NCBI RefSeq assembly: GCF_018977255.1
Contig: NW_024704742.1
Span: 84,260,001 to 84,324,000 of the forward strand
Source of the DNA: Callorhinchus milii
Taxonomy: Eukaryota
Length of the DNA stretch: 64,000 nucleotides
Direction: 5' to 3'
Shown: piece by piece, positions 13,051 to 26,366 of the stretch
Layout of the letters: each line of letters begins with the position of its first letter
Position numbering within the stretch: position 1 is the first letter of the stretch
Position numbers and translations under genes: made by a program
The notes under the pieces: model-generated
What the model was told of the DNA's origin: nothing
Databases searched by the model: none
What the model saw: only the letters and a program-made list of their open reading frames with translations

Positions 13051-14055
13051 TCAACAACAACAAGATTCAATTTCTAGAGCGCCTTTCATGTCGGGAGGAC
13101 GTCCCAAGGCGCTGTACAGTTGGGTCAGGACCCGAGCAGGGGGGAAATGGTCAGGGTGAGGGGAGGGAAGGGAGGGAGCGAGGAGGGGGTAGAGAGTCGA
13201 GAGGGGAGCTGAAGGCACGGTCAAAGAGAAAGGTCTTGAGACCGGCCTTGAAGGAGGAAAGGGAGGAGGCGGCGAAGGCATTGGGGGATAGTTCCAGAGC
13301 CTCGGGGCTGAGAGGCTGAAGGCCCGGCCACCGATGGTAGGGTGGTTGGGGCGGGGGATGTGGAGCAGATCGGAGCCAGAGGAACGGAGGGTACGGGCAG
13401 GTAAGTAGGGGATAGTAGGTCAGAGAGGTAGGAGGGAGCAAGGCCGTAAATGGCCTTGTAGGTGAGGATGAGGATCAGCAGGAAGCGATGTTTCTGTCAC
13501 TTCCTGCATACAACAACAACAACAAATTACACTTGTACAGTGCTCTTCAAGTTGGAAAGATGTCCCAGGGCGCTGGATAATCAGAGGTTTTGGACCCGAG
13601 CTGAGAGTTGGGGTCAGAAGCGGAGGAGGGTAGGATGGGTGGGAGTGGGGCCGAAGGCATGGTCGAAGAGGAAATTCTTCCGACGGAACTTGAAGGAGGC
13701 AAGAGAGGGGGTGAGGTGGAGGGATTGCGGGATAGAGTTTCAGAGTGTGGGGGCGGAGATGTTGAATACTCAACCGGCATTGGTGGGGCAGAAAATGCAG
13801 GCCGGTGTCCGCCGAGCGGAGGGAGCAGACAGGCTGATATGGAGTTATGAGGTTAGAGAGGTAGAGGGGAGCAAGACCGTGGAGGGCCTTGAAGATAAGA
13901 ACAAGGGCTTTGCACTCAATTTTCTGAGGAATGGGGAGCTAGTGAAGCCGGGCAAGAACGGGGTTGATAGGTTCCGAAGCCTGGTGCAGGAGAGGACACG
14001 GGCTGTAGAGTTCTGAATAATCTGCAGTTTATGGAGGGAAGAGTTGGAAGTTCCA
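13051..14055 (-). mobile_element. Two stacked L2 LINE 3' fragments
   Basis: (CAA)n tails at 13052 and 13511; ...SLSSFKAGLKTFLFDRAF ORF2 C-terminus. Confidence 0.8.
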
Positions 14056-14960
14056 GTGAGCAGGAAGTGATCTCATAGTGACCCAGTGATCTGAAAGACC
14101 ATTTTTCACACATCATTTCACTCTTAATCTTCCCTTACTTACATTGTTCACACACACACTGGGACACAACAAGGACACTGAGAATGAATAACCCAGGGAC
14201 AATAATATGTTTGTGATTCATAGATACTGAGGGCAATGATAGTGTTTCTGACCCAGAGACACCGAGGGCAATGACTATGATTGTGACCCAGGGATACTGA
14301 AACCAATTGAGTTTCACTTCACCTTAACCTTGATGCAATGAACTCCCACAGCACAGGTTGGTTGGGGATGGGGGCGGGGAGGTGGGGTGCGTGTAGGTGG
14401 GGATGGTTGAAGCTGGGCTCTGCCTGGGATCCACAGAGCAGTGGTGAGTTGACTATGAGGGCAGACAATAATAAAAAAGTTGATTTCCTAAATAAAATAC
14501 TTAAAGGGGTGAAAATTGCAACCTGTAAAGCTCATCTTGTTCCCTGCCTTTATCAATAATATGATAAATTACACATTTACGAGCCTCAATTTATACACTG
14601 ATAATGTGTAATGTTACTTCATTCCTCTTTGACTGCCTCCAATATTGCCACAGTGAAGTTTTCCATGTGGGAAGCATGGATGTACAGCTCTATCCTACGT
14701 GGCGAGAGGATGCAGCAGGGAGGGGCCTGAATAGCAGAGTGGAATAAATGGATCAAAAATGATAGTTTAAAAACATAACACCCACAATCTTCTCCTGGCA
14801 TGAACAATGAACAAACACATTCCACCACTGTTTTGCTGGGCCACAGCTCCAGCTCACCCGACCGAATGGGTAGTCAAAGCTACACTATGATAACTATGAT
14901 AGAAGCCCAATTCCAATTCTCTCTAAGTTTGCCGCTCTGTGTGTGTGTATGTGTGCTTAC

Positions 14961-15087
14961 CTTATAGGAATGTTATTGCGCGTCCAAATGATCTCAGCTG
15001 GTGGATGGGAATCCACTGCACACAGGAAGGTGGCTTCCTCTTCCACCAGTGCATCCACTGTCTCCAGAGGACTGGTGATCTGAGGAG
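14961..15087 (-). CDS. MUSK: MuSK coding exon 2 (Ig1 N-terminal half)
   Basis: Translates [43 protein letters not shown], matching human [38 protein letters not shown]. ttttgcag acceptor, AG|gtaagc donor, 127 bp. Confidence 0.97.
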
Positions 15088-15749
15088 CTGCAAAATCACA
15101 TGCACGTTCACAAAATGCAGCAATAATAATTTTAAGGGGCTCAAGTAAATCCACGTTTATTGATTTAATCTTGTTGTCCCTTCCTTCCGATGATATTTCC
15201 TCTCTGTGGGGAAGCCCACGTGTAACAAATCTGGGAAACCTTTTTTTAAATGCAGTTCAAACAAGCCCAAACGTGGAACACCATGCGTAGCAGAGAGGAT
15301 GTCACCATTATTAAACCTAACACGCGATCCTATTGCATGCTTAAGTCATAATATTTGACTTGGAGATATTACAGTAAGCTGGTTACTTCTACTGATTACA
15401 GGCAAATGGCTTGCATTAAAATCTGTGGCACGGAAAAGCTTCACACAACAAAGCTTCTGACACCCAGAGAGTTAGTTTTACATAGGTTGACGTATGTTAC
15501 AAGGCAAAGCACACTGAGGGAGGTTGAGATGACATTTAAACAGTTACAGAGTGGAGCAAAAGTCAATATTACTTCAGTTCAGGTGGTGCTGCTGGCTTAA
15601 AATCCACTCTGGCTTTTGTATCTTGTAACAAAACATGTGATATTTACTGCTCTATTTAGCCTCCGAGTGTTAGCTTGCTTCATTTTGTATGACTCTTGCT
15701 TCCAAGTCAAAAAATGTGAGTTCTGTTCCCATAATCTGATATCAATCAG

Positions 15750-16960
15750 TTATTAATTTTCATCACAACCATTGATGAAATTTTTGCTCTGCATGACAAA
15801 TTATTTAAGATAATTCCTTTGAAAACTGGTAAAAAAAAAGGGGTTCGACATTTACAAGGTTCTTTCTTAAACTGTCAGTAAATACAGTGGATTTTACAAG
15901 TGTTGCTGCATTATGACGGATGGTGCTGAATCAATGATCGGCTGTAAGAACGATTTGGTTGGTTTGCTGAAACAAAATGGAATTCAATGATCTACCCTCC
16001 ACTGCATCGTACACCAAGAATCCCTTTGCGGAAAATCAGTGAAAATGAGGAATGTGATGACCAGTGTCATCAAAGTGATCAATATCAAGTGATCACGTGG
16101 AGGAAATCAAGCACAGAAAGAACATAAACTTCCTCAAAGAATTAGATGCAGAATATGGTGATTTACCCCTCTATTCACAAGAGCTTTGGCTGAGTGCACA
16201 CAAATGCCTTTTGCAATTTTTTTGCACTTAGGAAGGAGGTACTTTCATTTCTTAAGGAACATGTAAAGAGCAATACCACACAGTTTGAAGGGGATTTGGA
16301 AGATGCAACCTCCTTGTGTTCATTGGCTTTCTTAACAGACATAACACGCCATCTCAACATTCTCAATCTTTGGCTACAAGGTAGAAATCGGAATATTTTG
16401 CACCTTATGGGGCATGTTGACGGGTTCTGCTTAAAGCTAGAACTGTTGAACACATCCCTCTTACAGAACAACCTCATCCATTTTCCATCTTGCAAGGAAC
16501 TTGCTGAGGCTGATTTTCACAGCTTTTCAGAAATCATAACAAAGCTATTGGATGAGTTCAGGGTCAGATTTGCTGATTTTGAGGGTTTGAGGTCCAGCAT
16601 CCAACTATTCAACTATTCAAAAATCCAATGAAAGTGTTGATTGAGCAGTAACCAAAATATCTTCAGATGGAGATGTGTGAACTGCAGAATTCTTTCTTCC
16701 ACTCAAGGAAAAATGAGATTCACGAAACTTCTGGAAAATTGTTCCTAAGAATCATTTTTCTGAATTAAATGGCTTTGCACTGAAGATGTGTTCTATGTTT
16801 GCAAGCTTATACATTTGTGAAAGAATATTTTCTACAATAACACACGGTAAATCCAAACATTGCATTAGGCCTAATAGAGTGCTTTCTCTGACTTGTCACT
16901 ACTAAATTTGAAATTCATATTGGAGCTCTGGTTAAAGAGAAACACAGTGTTTACACTTAA
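15750..16960 (+). mobile_element. Decayed hAT-family (Buster/SPIN/GTF2IRD2-like) transposase in MUSK intron 1
   Basis: Motifs in shifting frames: TDGAESMIG (about 15916), HCIVHQESLC (about 16000), LAFLTDITRHLNILNLWLQG, HFPSC and EFRVRFADF (ORF 16194-16631), and hATC-like MFASLYICERIFS...KSK (about 16795-16860). Stops and frameshifts are present. Confidence 0.85.
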
Positions 16961-18739
16961 GACTAAGACAATTAATTGTCTGCTAAGTCAACAACAACTT
17001 GAACATATATAACCCGCTCCATGCAGGGTAGTGTCTCAGAGTGCTTAAAAGTCGAGAAAATATGACATCTGACCCTTGGCACACAAGAGGTTGGAGAACC
17101 CAAAAGCATTTTAAGATATTGGATCAAGAAAACAAGTTAGTTATTTCTTTCCAGCCATATATATTTGTTAAAAATCATCCCAACTCTCTCTCAAGTTGCC
17201 AGCTATGCTGGACTGTGGCTCAAGATGAACCAAGTAAGACTTGAGTAAGGTTTGTACACATAGCATAGTACCCAATTTAAAAGCTGCACCCCCAATCTGC
17301 TCTCATTGCTTTAACTGGGTAGAGTTTAGATGAGTGGGGGGACTGAGATTGATGGGTTGAATGGGATTGGTAGGTCTAATGGGACTGGTGTAGATTGCGA
17401 ATCCAACTCAGAGTGTAAAGGGAGCTCCTGGGGATAAGGCATAGCCAGTGAGAAAATCCCTCCTTGTCAGAATTCTGATGCATAATGGGACAGGAGGGAA
17501 GAAGACACTTGAGAGATTTGTGCAAGGAAGAGATAGAGAGAGCGAGAGATAAGAATGTGAACATCAGAAGTGGAGGAAGAGCAGGTAAGGTTGACTGAGG
17601 GACAATAATGTGAAAGGAAATAATAATATTTGATATAGCACCTTATCACGTCATTGAAACGTCTCAAAGTGCTTCACAGGATATACTGTAAAGTGGATTG
17701 ACTGTATATTTTGTTGGCATACCGCGGCAGTCAATTGCACACAGAAGTATCCCACGAACAGTCATGGATTGAGTGACCAAATTATTATTATTTTTGAATG
17801 GAATATTACCCCCGGAAAGTGATCCACCAATCGCCTAACAACCAAGTTCCTAATTACTGCTTGGTAAATAAACTCAGTAAGTGAAATTGGCACTGTGCTG
17901 GCTGTTGTTCATTTAAAGTTCTCAGGTTGCCTAATGGACTACTTTATTGCAACCATCTCTTTAATAACATTAAAATGATAAGATCCAATTCTGGTGTTCT
18001 GCCAAGGCAGGCACACACTCTCAAAACATCAAAGTTGGGTATTTCTTATCACAGCCTGCATTTGATGTGATGTACAGCAGGAAGTATAATTCAAGTTCGT
18101 TCTTGATGGTGTTGAACTGCAGAGAAGGAGACTGCTCTGCTCCTGGGGTAAACACATAATGTTAATAACCTGGATCAATTAATTTGATTTTATTCTCAAA
18201 TGTTTTTTGACAAATCAAAATATTTGGTAACAGGTTCACATTGAACTGAACTTTATTAGTGTGCAAAATCTTTGCTATCTTTGCTAAGTGGTCTTACTCT
18301 GATTGTTTAGGTATTTCACTGTCCCAATACAAGGTGCTCATAGGCTTCCTGGTGTCCCAAATTGTCACCGTTCAGTTGTCTAATCCTCCTCCATTTCTCC
18401 CTGCTCCCCCACTACCCACCTTCCCCAGACCCTCTTGTCCTGTCCCCACCCCTTTTCCTGCATGTTTTCACCCCTGTCTCTCCCTCATCTCCCAAATTAA
18501 GTCTATCACTTGCTCCCTTGACTCTATAGCAACCCAGATCTTGTGAAACCAATTATCCCTTCTTTGGCCCCATGCTGGCCAACCACAAATACTTATATAG
18601 CGCCTTTCACGTCGGGAGCACGTCCCAAGGCTTTGACATCATCAATCTCTCCCTATTCTTCAGAATCATATCTTTGAAAATTATGTCATAGTCACTGCCC
18701 ACCACCACCCCACCCAACAAATAATCTATCTTTCAGAGG

Positions 18740-19141
18740 ATCCAGTTCAAGATCCTGGTCCTCACCTACAAAGCCCTCCATGGCCTCGCCCCACCCTACC
18801 TCTGCAACCTCCTAACCCCATACCAACCCGCCCGTTCCCTCCACTCAGCCAACTCCAGTCTGCTTCATGTCCCTTGACCATTGGCGGGAGAGCCTTCAAC
18901 CACTCTGCCCCCAACCTCTGGAATTCCATCCCCCAGTCACTCCGTCTCGCCCCCTCCTTAGCCTCCTTCAAGTCCCGCCTCAAGACCCTCCTCTTCGACC
19001 ATGTCAAAGGCCACCCCCCTTCCCCTCCCCTCCCTTCTCCCCCCAACCCCAGCTCGGGTCTGAAATGCTGTACACTCTCCAGCGCCTTGGGACGTCCTCC
19101 CGACGTGAAAGGTGCTATACAAATGTAATCTTGTTGTTGTT
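18740..19141 (+). mobile_element. L2 3' fragment; further L2 fragments at about 4092-4414 (+), 25395-26025 (+), 39790-40440 (-), 42167-42585 (-) and 62830-63130 (-)
   Basis: TIGGRAFNHSAPNLWNSIP...SFKSRLKTLLF, 3' hairpin and (TTG)n tail. Confidence 0.8.
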
Positions 19142-20054
19142 CTCACGACCACTTTATTCTTTAAAACTATTGCCTTTAGGGACAATATATATATATTAAT
19201 ATTTAGGGTGTTAGGGGTGTGTGCATTGTCAGCGGTGCCATCCTTTGGATTAGATGTTAAATCGAGGCGCTGTCTGCCTGTTCAAGTGGATATTAAAAAT
19301 CCACTGTTCAAAAAAAAGAAAGGAGTTTTCTACAGGTGTCCTGACCAACAATCCCTCAAATAGAATTGGGCATTCACTTCGTACTGTATGTGGGACATTG
19401 CTGTGCATAGACTGGCTGCCATGTTTGCCTACAAAATACGCACAGTCACTCCACTTTACTGTAAAGCTTCTGAGGTGTGTTGAGGTGTTTCCATTTGATG
19501 TGAAAGGTACTGTACCAAATGCAACAAGGAGTATTATTTTAAAGCTAAATGTAAGCTCCTCTCACACTACTTCTTGTTCAAAACCCTTCAGTTTAGCTTT
19601 CTATCCCAAAATGTTAGAAAAAGTTCCTTTTTCAACGTGCTGAGTTGGGCACTGAGTATTTGGGTTTGTTGTGGCTGATACATTTTGGAGAACTATTATA
19701 ATTATTATGTGTGTTGATAATCAATGTTGAGTTTAAAACTATATGTAACTCCAACATATACGAATTTATAATTGCCTCAGTCGTAAATGAATACTGTCTG
19801 TCTTTTCTCTTAGTAAAACACGTATAGTATAAACAAGACAACACTATAAAATGCTTCGCAGGATGTTTTGCCTGCTGGAGGCCTTGGGCTGTTTTAGATC
19901 TGTGTGTTTTGTTTAAATTAGACTTGCTAACAAACGGTTAAACCACCACTTCAAGCAGTTTAAAGCCAGTCGACAGAGCAACAAACATGAATCGGACGCT
20001 CACACACACATATGGCAATTTGTTCACAAAAAGAATTGAATGATTGAAGCAAAC

Positions 20055-20139
20055 CTTTAAGAAGCGTCCCATCAAAAGAGCTCCCGGCTGTTGCAACGAA
20101 GATCACCAGAAGTGGAATGTCAATTGAGGAAGGTCTCAT
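20055..20139 (-). CDS. MUSK: MuSK coding exon 1 (signal peptide MRPSSIDIPLLVIFVATAGSSFDGTLLK)
   Basis: ATG in ACCATG Kozak context; 28 codons plus 1 nt ending AAAG|GTTTGC. The phase-1 junction joins exon 2 in frame (K-A-P-Q-I-T). Resembles the MuSK N-terminus (IPL motif, hydrophobic core). Confidence 0.85.
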
Positions 20140-20264
20140 GGTGAGATTAGTCCAACTTTCCAAACAAATAAGCCAGGGTTTCCTTTGTATTCTACACTAA
20201 AATGGTTTGTAGATGTTAACTTCTCAGCCCTCTCTAGCAGACCCCAATGGAGGCCGTAGCGGAT

Positions 20265-20345
20265 CTAAGTATAAATAGGAATTTTGAAAAGACTAAGACT
20301 GGTGGTGATGGACGTGAGCAGATGTTCCTTATCCAGCCATCTGGT
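20265..20345 (-). promoter_or_regulatory. Candidate MUSK proximal promoter (TATA/MEF2-like box plus two E-boxes)
   Basis: CTATTTATAC on the minus strand at about 20269-20278, about 130 bp upstream of the ATG. E-boxes CAGATG (20319-20324) and CATCTG (20338-20343). Motif matches only. Confidence 0.4.
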
Positions 20346-23300
20346 GGTGTTAAAGCCTTCTGCCTTCTGTAACAAGAGAAAGTGAAGTTCTCCTTTAGCC
20401 TACTGTAGACCAGGGACAACAATAGGCTTTGCTACATTTCCAAGAAGATAGGACATTGTTCTTCAACAATTGCAAGCATTAAACTTCCATACAACATCTT
20501 GCTCACAGGGGTGCGACTGGCTGCTATCAATCAGCACTGCTCACCGTGCATTAGCTTTTGTTTGCAATGTATTTTTTCATTGGATCTCACACTTTTTGAA
20601 AGGACTTTCCACCTGTTGCCTGATTAATGGTGCTAATGGATTTATTTTAAGCAGGGAATGTTCTGGCTGTGAGATTTACTGGGGGAGATGACATTGTGTC
20701 TCCCTTCCCCCTCCCCCCATATAAGTGGATGCTTCTCCCACTAGAATATCTATGACTCGGGAAAATTCATTTCAGCGAACCTCTCACATCTCAACAAATT
20801 TCACACCTCAGCAAACCTCCCATTCCAACAAGCCTCACACCTCAGCAAACTAAAATTGTTGCCGCATTTGTTTATCATATCACTTTATAAGGTTTGATTT
20901 CAGAGCCTTTACAGCTATTTGGTTGGGCATCCGTGATACTGGCTATTTGTTTATGTAAGGGTCAACAGCATCTATTTCACTGAGAATTAACCTATAGTTC
21001 CGGCAGTGTACTGACAGTGCGGAAAGTCTTGAGTGTTCCACACAATTGAATTGACATTTGAGTTTATAAATGAACCCACAAGGTGGTGATCTGACCCAGA
21101 ATAGATGCGATCAGACCACCAGATTAAAATGCAGTACCTTATTTGATGCAGGTTTCACTCACCAATATTTTTACTGCTCCTGCCCGCCCGAGTGTTTCTT
21201 TTCCCTATGTATCCTGGATACCAGGCACACTCCAGGACAGCATTCTTCATGTGAAAGCCTTCCCAGTGAACAGCACCAGGCTGGGAAGCGGAGGGGGGAA
21301 TGGGGGTGGTGAAGGGTTACAGCTCGTCAGCTCCTGTCTTTAGCACCTTCAGCAGATGTAACTGGATAATGATTAGAGAACCAAAAGTGTACGTTAAGGC
21401 TATCTTAAAATCTTACATTAAAATCTTACCTGGATTAGATTCCTGGGCAGGGCGAAAACTTAGGCACATTTCCTTACTCCACATGCCTCTGTTTACGTAG
21501 CAGTTCGTAAGAACCCGGTTATGAGCTGATTGGTGGATCGTTTTTCCGGGGGTCGTAATACCTCAAAAAAAATCTGGTCACTCAATCCATGACTGTTTGT
21601 GGGACACTGCTGTGTGCATTTGGCTGCCGCGTATCGCCCACAAAATACAGTCAATTCACTTTCCAATATACTCTGTGTAGTGCTTTGAAACGTCTTAACA
21701 TTGTGATAAGGCACTATATCAAATGTAAGGATTATTATTATTATTGTGCAGAATTTCTTAACTTGAGAGCCAGTTTAGAAGAAATTCAAAGTCACTAGTG
21801 TTAAAGCTGGAATTTCAGGCCCCAGGAACGAGAGTCCTGTTAACTTTTCATCTTAACTAACCTATAGTTTGTTAATAAGTTCACAGAGACGAGAGACAAA
21901 TGAGCAAGACATATAACAGTATTTTTTTTAACCAATAATTATTAAATGTGTCATGTTAAATATCCTGGCTCAGTTGGTAATACGCTCGAATCTGAGTCAG
22001 AAGGTTGTGGGCTCAAGTTCCACTTTAAGCGCTCTGGGATACCGTCCGGCGTGGAGAGCGCGATATAAATCCAAGTTGTTGTTGTTTAAGACTTTACGCT
22101 CACATAGTCTAGGCTGATATTCCTATGCAGTGCTGGGGAGCCCCCTTTGCTGGAAATGCCATTGTTCAAATGAATATTGAAGATCCTATGTTACTATTCG
22201 AAAACTCAAGTGAGTTTCTGCCAACAAGTGAGTGTCCTGGCCAACAATTCCCCAAATAAAGTTTGTCATTCACTTCATGACTTCAGGACATTGCTGTGTG
22301 CAAATTGGCTGCCGTGTTTGCCTACAAAATGTACAGTCATTGTACTGTACAGAAGTCTTTGAGGAACTATATCAAATGCAAGGATTGTTTATTATATATA
22401 GTAAAGTTGATCTGTGTATCAGATGCATTTCAACTCTGTCCGAGTGTATTCATAGAAAATCCAAATAATAATATTAACAGTTGCATTTGATATAATGCCT
22501 TATTAGGTTGTCCGGAAGTCTCAAAGCGCTTCACAGGATTTTACTATCCTTTTTTATATGGAGTTTTTTTTTCTCTCTTCAAGATCACACGAATAGATCG
22601 GATGAAAAAGGTTATTTGACTCATTGGTCTCATCCTTCTAAGTTATCAACTATACCACCCTCCTGTTATGGCATCAATCTATTTTTAAGTGAGTCTTGTG
22701 TCCTGCTCTGAACCATCCTTTCTGGTATCCCTCTGTAAAGAAATACTTAGTATCTGTGTTCAAATTGTCCTGCACAATCCTGTGACCTCGTGTACTTCTG
22801 CTTTGGTGATTATTGCTCTGAGTTTAATTTCTCTATCCCATTTAACATCTGTGTATCTCGATAAGATCTGCTCTGAGACATTTCTTCTCATCGCTGAATA
22901 GCCATAGCTCCTAAGACATTGCTCCTCACAGTTCACTCCTCTAACATAGGGGATCATTTCACATGGTTGAATTCCATGTTCAATTTTAGAAACACATTAA
23001 TTCAGTCTCAGCTACCAAATGAATCCTGAATTCAAGAATTTTCCAAAACATTCTGCACAATCTTAAATATTAAGGCAATGGTCTTAACCTTAAAGACCAT
23101 GAACAATTTTGAGCTTCTGAGCTCAACTGATTTGACAATGTAGCCCAGCATCCTGCTGCTTTGTTAAGTGCTGCTTTGTTTCGACATAGTAAGTAGTGTG
23201 TAAATTGCCACCCATGATCTCTTTCAAATTTTGCCTTGGCAATCCCATCCTTAGAACAAGTGTGCCTCTTACTTGGAATATCTAATACAGTTTAGCCCAG

Positions 23301-24294
23301 TTATAACTCACTTCTTGAAAGTGTGAATTTGGATATAACTTGGTTGCTCTGTGGACCCAGTTCATTGTGTCTGAGTACAGCTGTTTGCTTTCCACACACC
23401 AGCTGGCTTTTACACTAAAATGTTGGACTTCCAGGTTTTTACATCACTACAGATATCACTTCCTGTTTGATGCACATGTGCAAAGCAGAAAGTGAAGACA
23501 CAGTGACCCGATGACCTGGAAGTCAGCCATTTAGCAAAACAAAATGGCTAATTTATGGGTCAACAAATCATGGAAATGATTTGCGCATGTGCAGCAAATA
23601 GGAAGTGATGTTAACGGTGACCCGATGATGTGAAAATCAGTCATTTTTCCTTTAGCACAGGAATAGGCCTGAGTGCATAAAGCAAATTAATTGTTCGTTG
23701 TGTAGTGAAAACAGCTATCAAGCCTTGTTATAGGGTTAGGGTTTTGTGGATCCCAACGACCATGTTATAATGAGGCTCCACTGTACCTTGCATTCATCTA
23801 TATTGAAATTAACTTACTAGTTGACTGCAAGATCTTAACTGAATCAACAGCTCCCCCTAGCTTGGTACCATATACAAATCGAACTATCTTGCACCGAATC
23901 CAATTCCAGGTTGTTACATATACAAAAGCAAGGGAGGTCAGATTGTTTACATACACAAGGGCCAGTGAGGTCACAGCACTGACACCTGTAAAACCTTACT
24001 CAACACCTAATCCCACTTCAATTTAGCATCCTTAATTTCTGTACTAGGTTGGAATTCTCTCCCCCAATCCCTCCGCCTTGCCACCTCCCTCAGATCATGA
24101 CTGAAGACCTTCTTCTTCCACTGTACTTATGGTTACTTCCTCTCTCCCCTCCCGGCTTCGCATCAGGCTTCACCACTATTAAGCACTCTGAGACACTGCC
24201 CCACATGAAGAGTGCTAGAATAATGTAAGTTGTTGTTGTACTCCTCACAAATTCCCAATAACTAGTTACAAATCCAATTAATTCCATATCTCAC

Positions 24295-24907
24295 AACAAC
24301 AACAACAACTTGGATTTATATAGCGCCCTCCAAGCTGGATGGCGTCTCAGGGCGCTTTACAGTCATGGAGCCCAGGACCAAGCCAGGGGGAGGGAGAGGA
24401 AAGTGACCAAAGGCGCGGTCGAAAAGAAAGATCTTCAGCAGAGACCTGAAAATGGGAAGGGAGGGGATGAGACGAAGGAGTGAGGAAGGCAGTTCCAGAA
24501 CCTCGGGGCATAGTGGCTGAAGACACAGCCACCGAGGGTGGAGCGGAGGACTCAGGGGACGTGGCGGAGACCCAGAGGAACAGAGGCAATGGGTACTGTT
24601 TTGAGGAGAGAGGAGGTCAGAGAGGTAGGGAGGTGCAGAGGAGTGCAGGGACTTGAATACAAGGGTGAGGATCTTGAAGTCGATCCTCTCTGGGACAGGC
24701 AGCCAGTGCAGTCTGGCAAGGACTGGGGTGATCGGGGAGCGGAGTTTCGTGTGGGTGAGAATGCGGGCGGCAGAGTTTTGAATGATTTGGATTTTATGGA
24801 TAGTGATGGATGGGAGACCGGCGAGGAGGGCGTTAGAGTAGTCCAGCCGAGAGGTGACAAATGCATGGACCAGGGTTTCAGCAGCTTTTGGGGAGAGGTA
24901 TTGGCAT
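24295..24907 (-). mobile_element. L2 LINE 3' fragment
   Basis: ORF 24316-24930: [19 protein letters not shown]...IQNSAARIL...[15 protein letters not shown], the L2 ORF2 C-terminal signature; (TTG)n tail. Confidence 0.9.
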
Positions 24908-26366
24908 CTTACTTTGATACTGATTTGCACAAAAGTCCTCGTGTGGTACTTTCTCGAGATCCTTTTGGAAATCCAGGTATACTATCCGATATAGCTTTCG
25001 ATTCAAAATGTTTATGAGACTGACCAGATGAAATTTTTTTTTTAGTCAGTCTGATACATGTGTAAACCCATATCTGTGCTTAAGAGTATCCAAACCAAAC
25101 TGAGAGTTCCATATATGCCACCTACACATGGAACTTCCCGTGTCTGGAGTTGAAATAATATAGAAGTAAAATTTGAAATGTTTGATGACCAGTTATTGTG
25201 ATAACTGGTTATCCGTGGTGCCGAGACACCATTTTTAGCTCTAAAAGTAGAGTTTTAATCTTGGGAATATCCCAAATTGTACCATTGTGCTGAGGCTGTG
25301 GGAGGCAGGTGTAAATTGTCCTCTTTCCGAACAATGTGGCCAATGGCAGCTGAGGAAAATAGAAGCAGCAATGTACTCCACAACCCGTCTCCGACCAGGA
25401 TTGCCTTCTCCACCTCCGCCACATTGCCCGCCTCTGACAAAACCTTTCCCAGACGGAGCCAAAACACTCATCCATTTGTTCGTTACCTCCCGCCTTGACT
25501 ATTCAAATGCCCTCCTCACCAGTCTCCCCAGCTCCACCATGCACAAGATCCAACTGATCCCAAACTCTGCTGCCCACATACTCACCTGCACTAAACTTCA
25601 AAACCGCCATCACACCAGTTCGGACCAGGCTCCACTGGTTCTTTATTGCCAAATGGATTGATTTCAAGATCCTCACACATTTTCAAATCCCTTCATGTCT
25701 TGGCATCTCCCTACCTCTCTGACCTGATTATTCCCCAATCCACCACCCACTGCTTCTCTTGACTGGCTCCGGCCTCCTGCATGTCCCTTGTGCCCTCTGT
25801 TCCACCATTGGTGGCCACGTTTTCAGCCACTTCACCCCAAAACTCTGGAACACTCTTCCTCTATCCTTTCACCTTGCCCCTTTCTTCCCCATCTTCAGAT
25901 TGTGCCTGAGGACGTTCCTCTATGGTCACCTTCCCCCAGTTTGGAGTTGTGCTCCGCTGCAGTCAAACGTTCTGGGACGCAACCTTATGTGAGGGGAGCT
26001 ATATGAATGCAAGTTGTTGTTGTTGTAATCCAGTATTTAGACTCTTCAGCAGAAAAAGTGATACCCGATTAAAACTATAACTCAATCAATCTATACACAT
26101 GCACAAAGAAAGCTTACTGATATAAGGAGAAACAAACATTGTTATGAAGGAAGGGAGGCAGGGAGGGAACGAACGATTGAAGGAAACACTTGCAGAGGAC
26201 AGCAAATGAGGATGATTCCCAGCTTTTGAGGACGGGGCTACGAGTAACAATTAGACAAGCTATGACTCTTCAGTCTTGAAAGAAACATCTCAGAGGGGAC
26301 CTAAGAGATCCAGTGTTCAATTTATGAATGCTGCAGATAAAGCGAAACATGCATTTTTAGAGAACT

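Noticed and set aside
14150..14300. Degenerate repeats of about 34 bp (TGACCCAGRGAYACYGA...); also short tandem units at 20775-20850 and 32449-32504
   Set aside because: Decayed minisatellites or slippage duplications. They have no unique spacers or cas genes and lie in a eukaryotic context, so they are not CRISPR.
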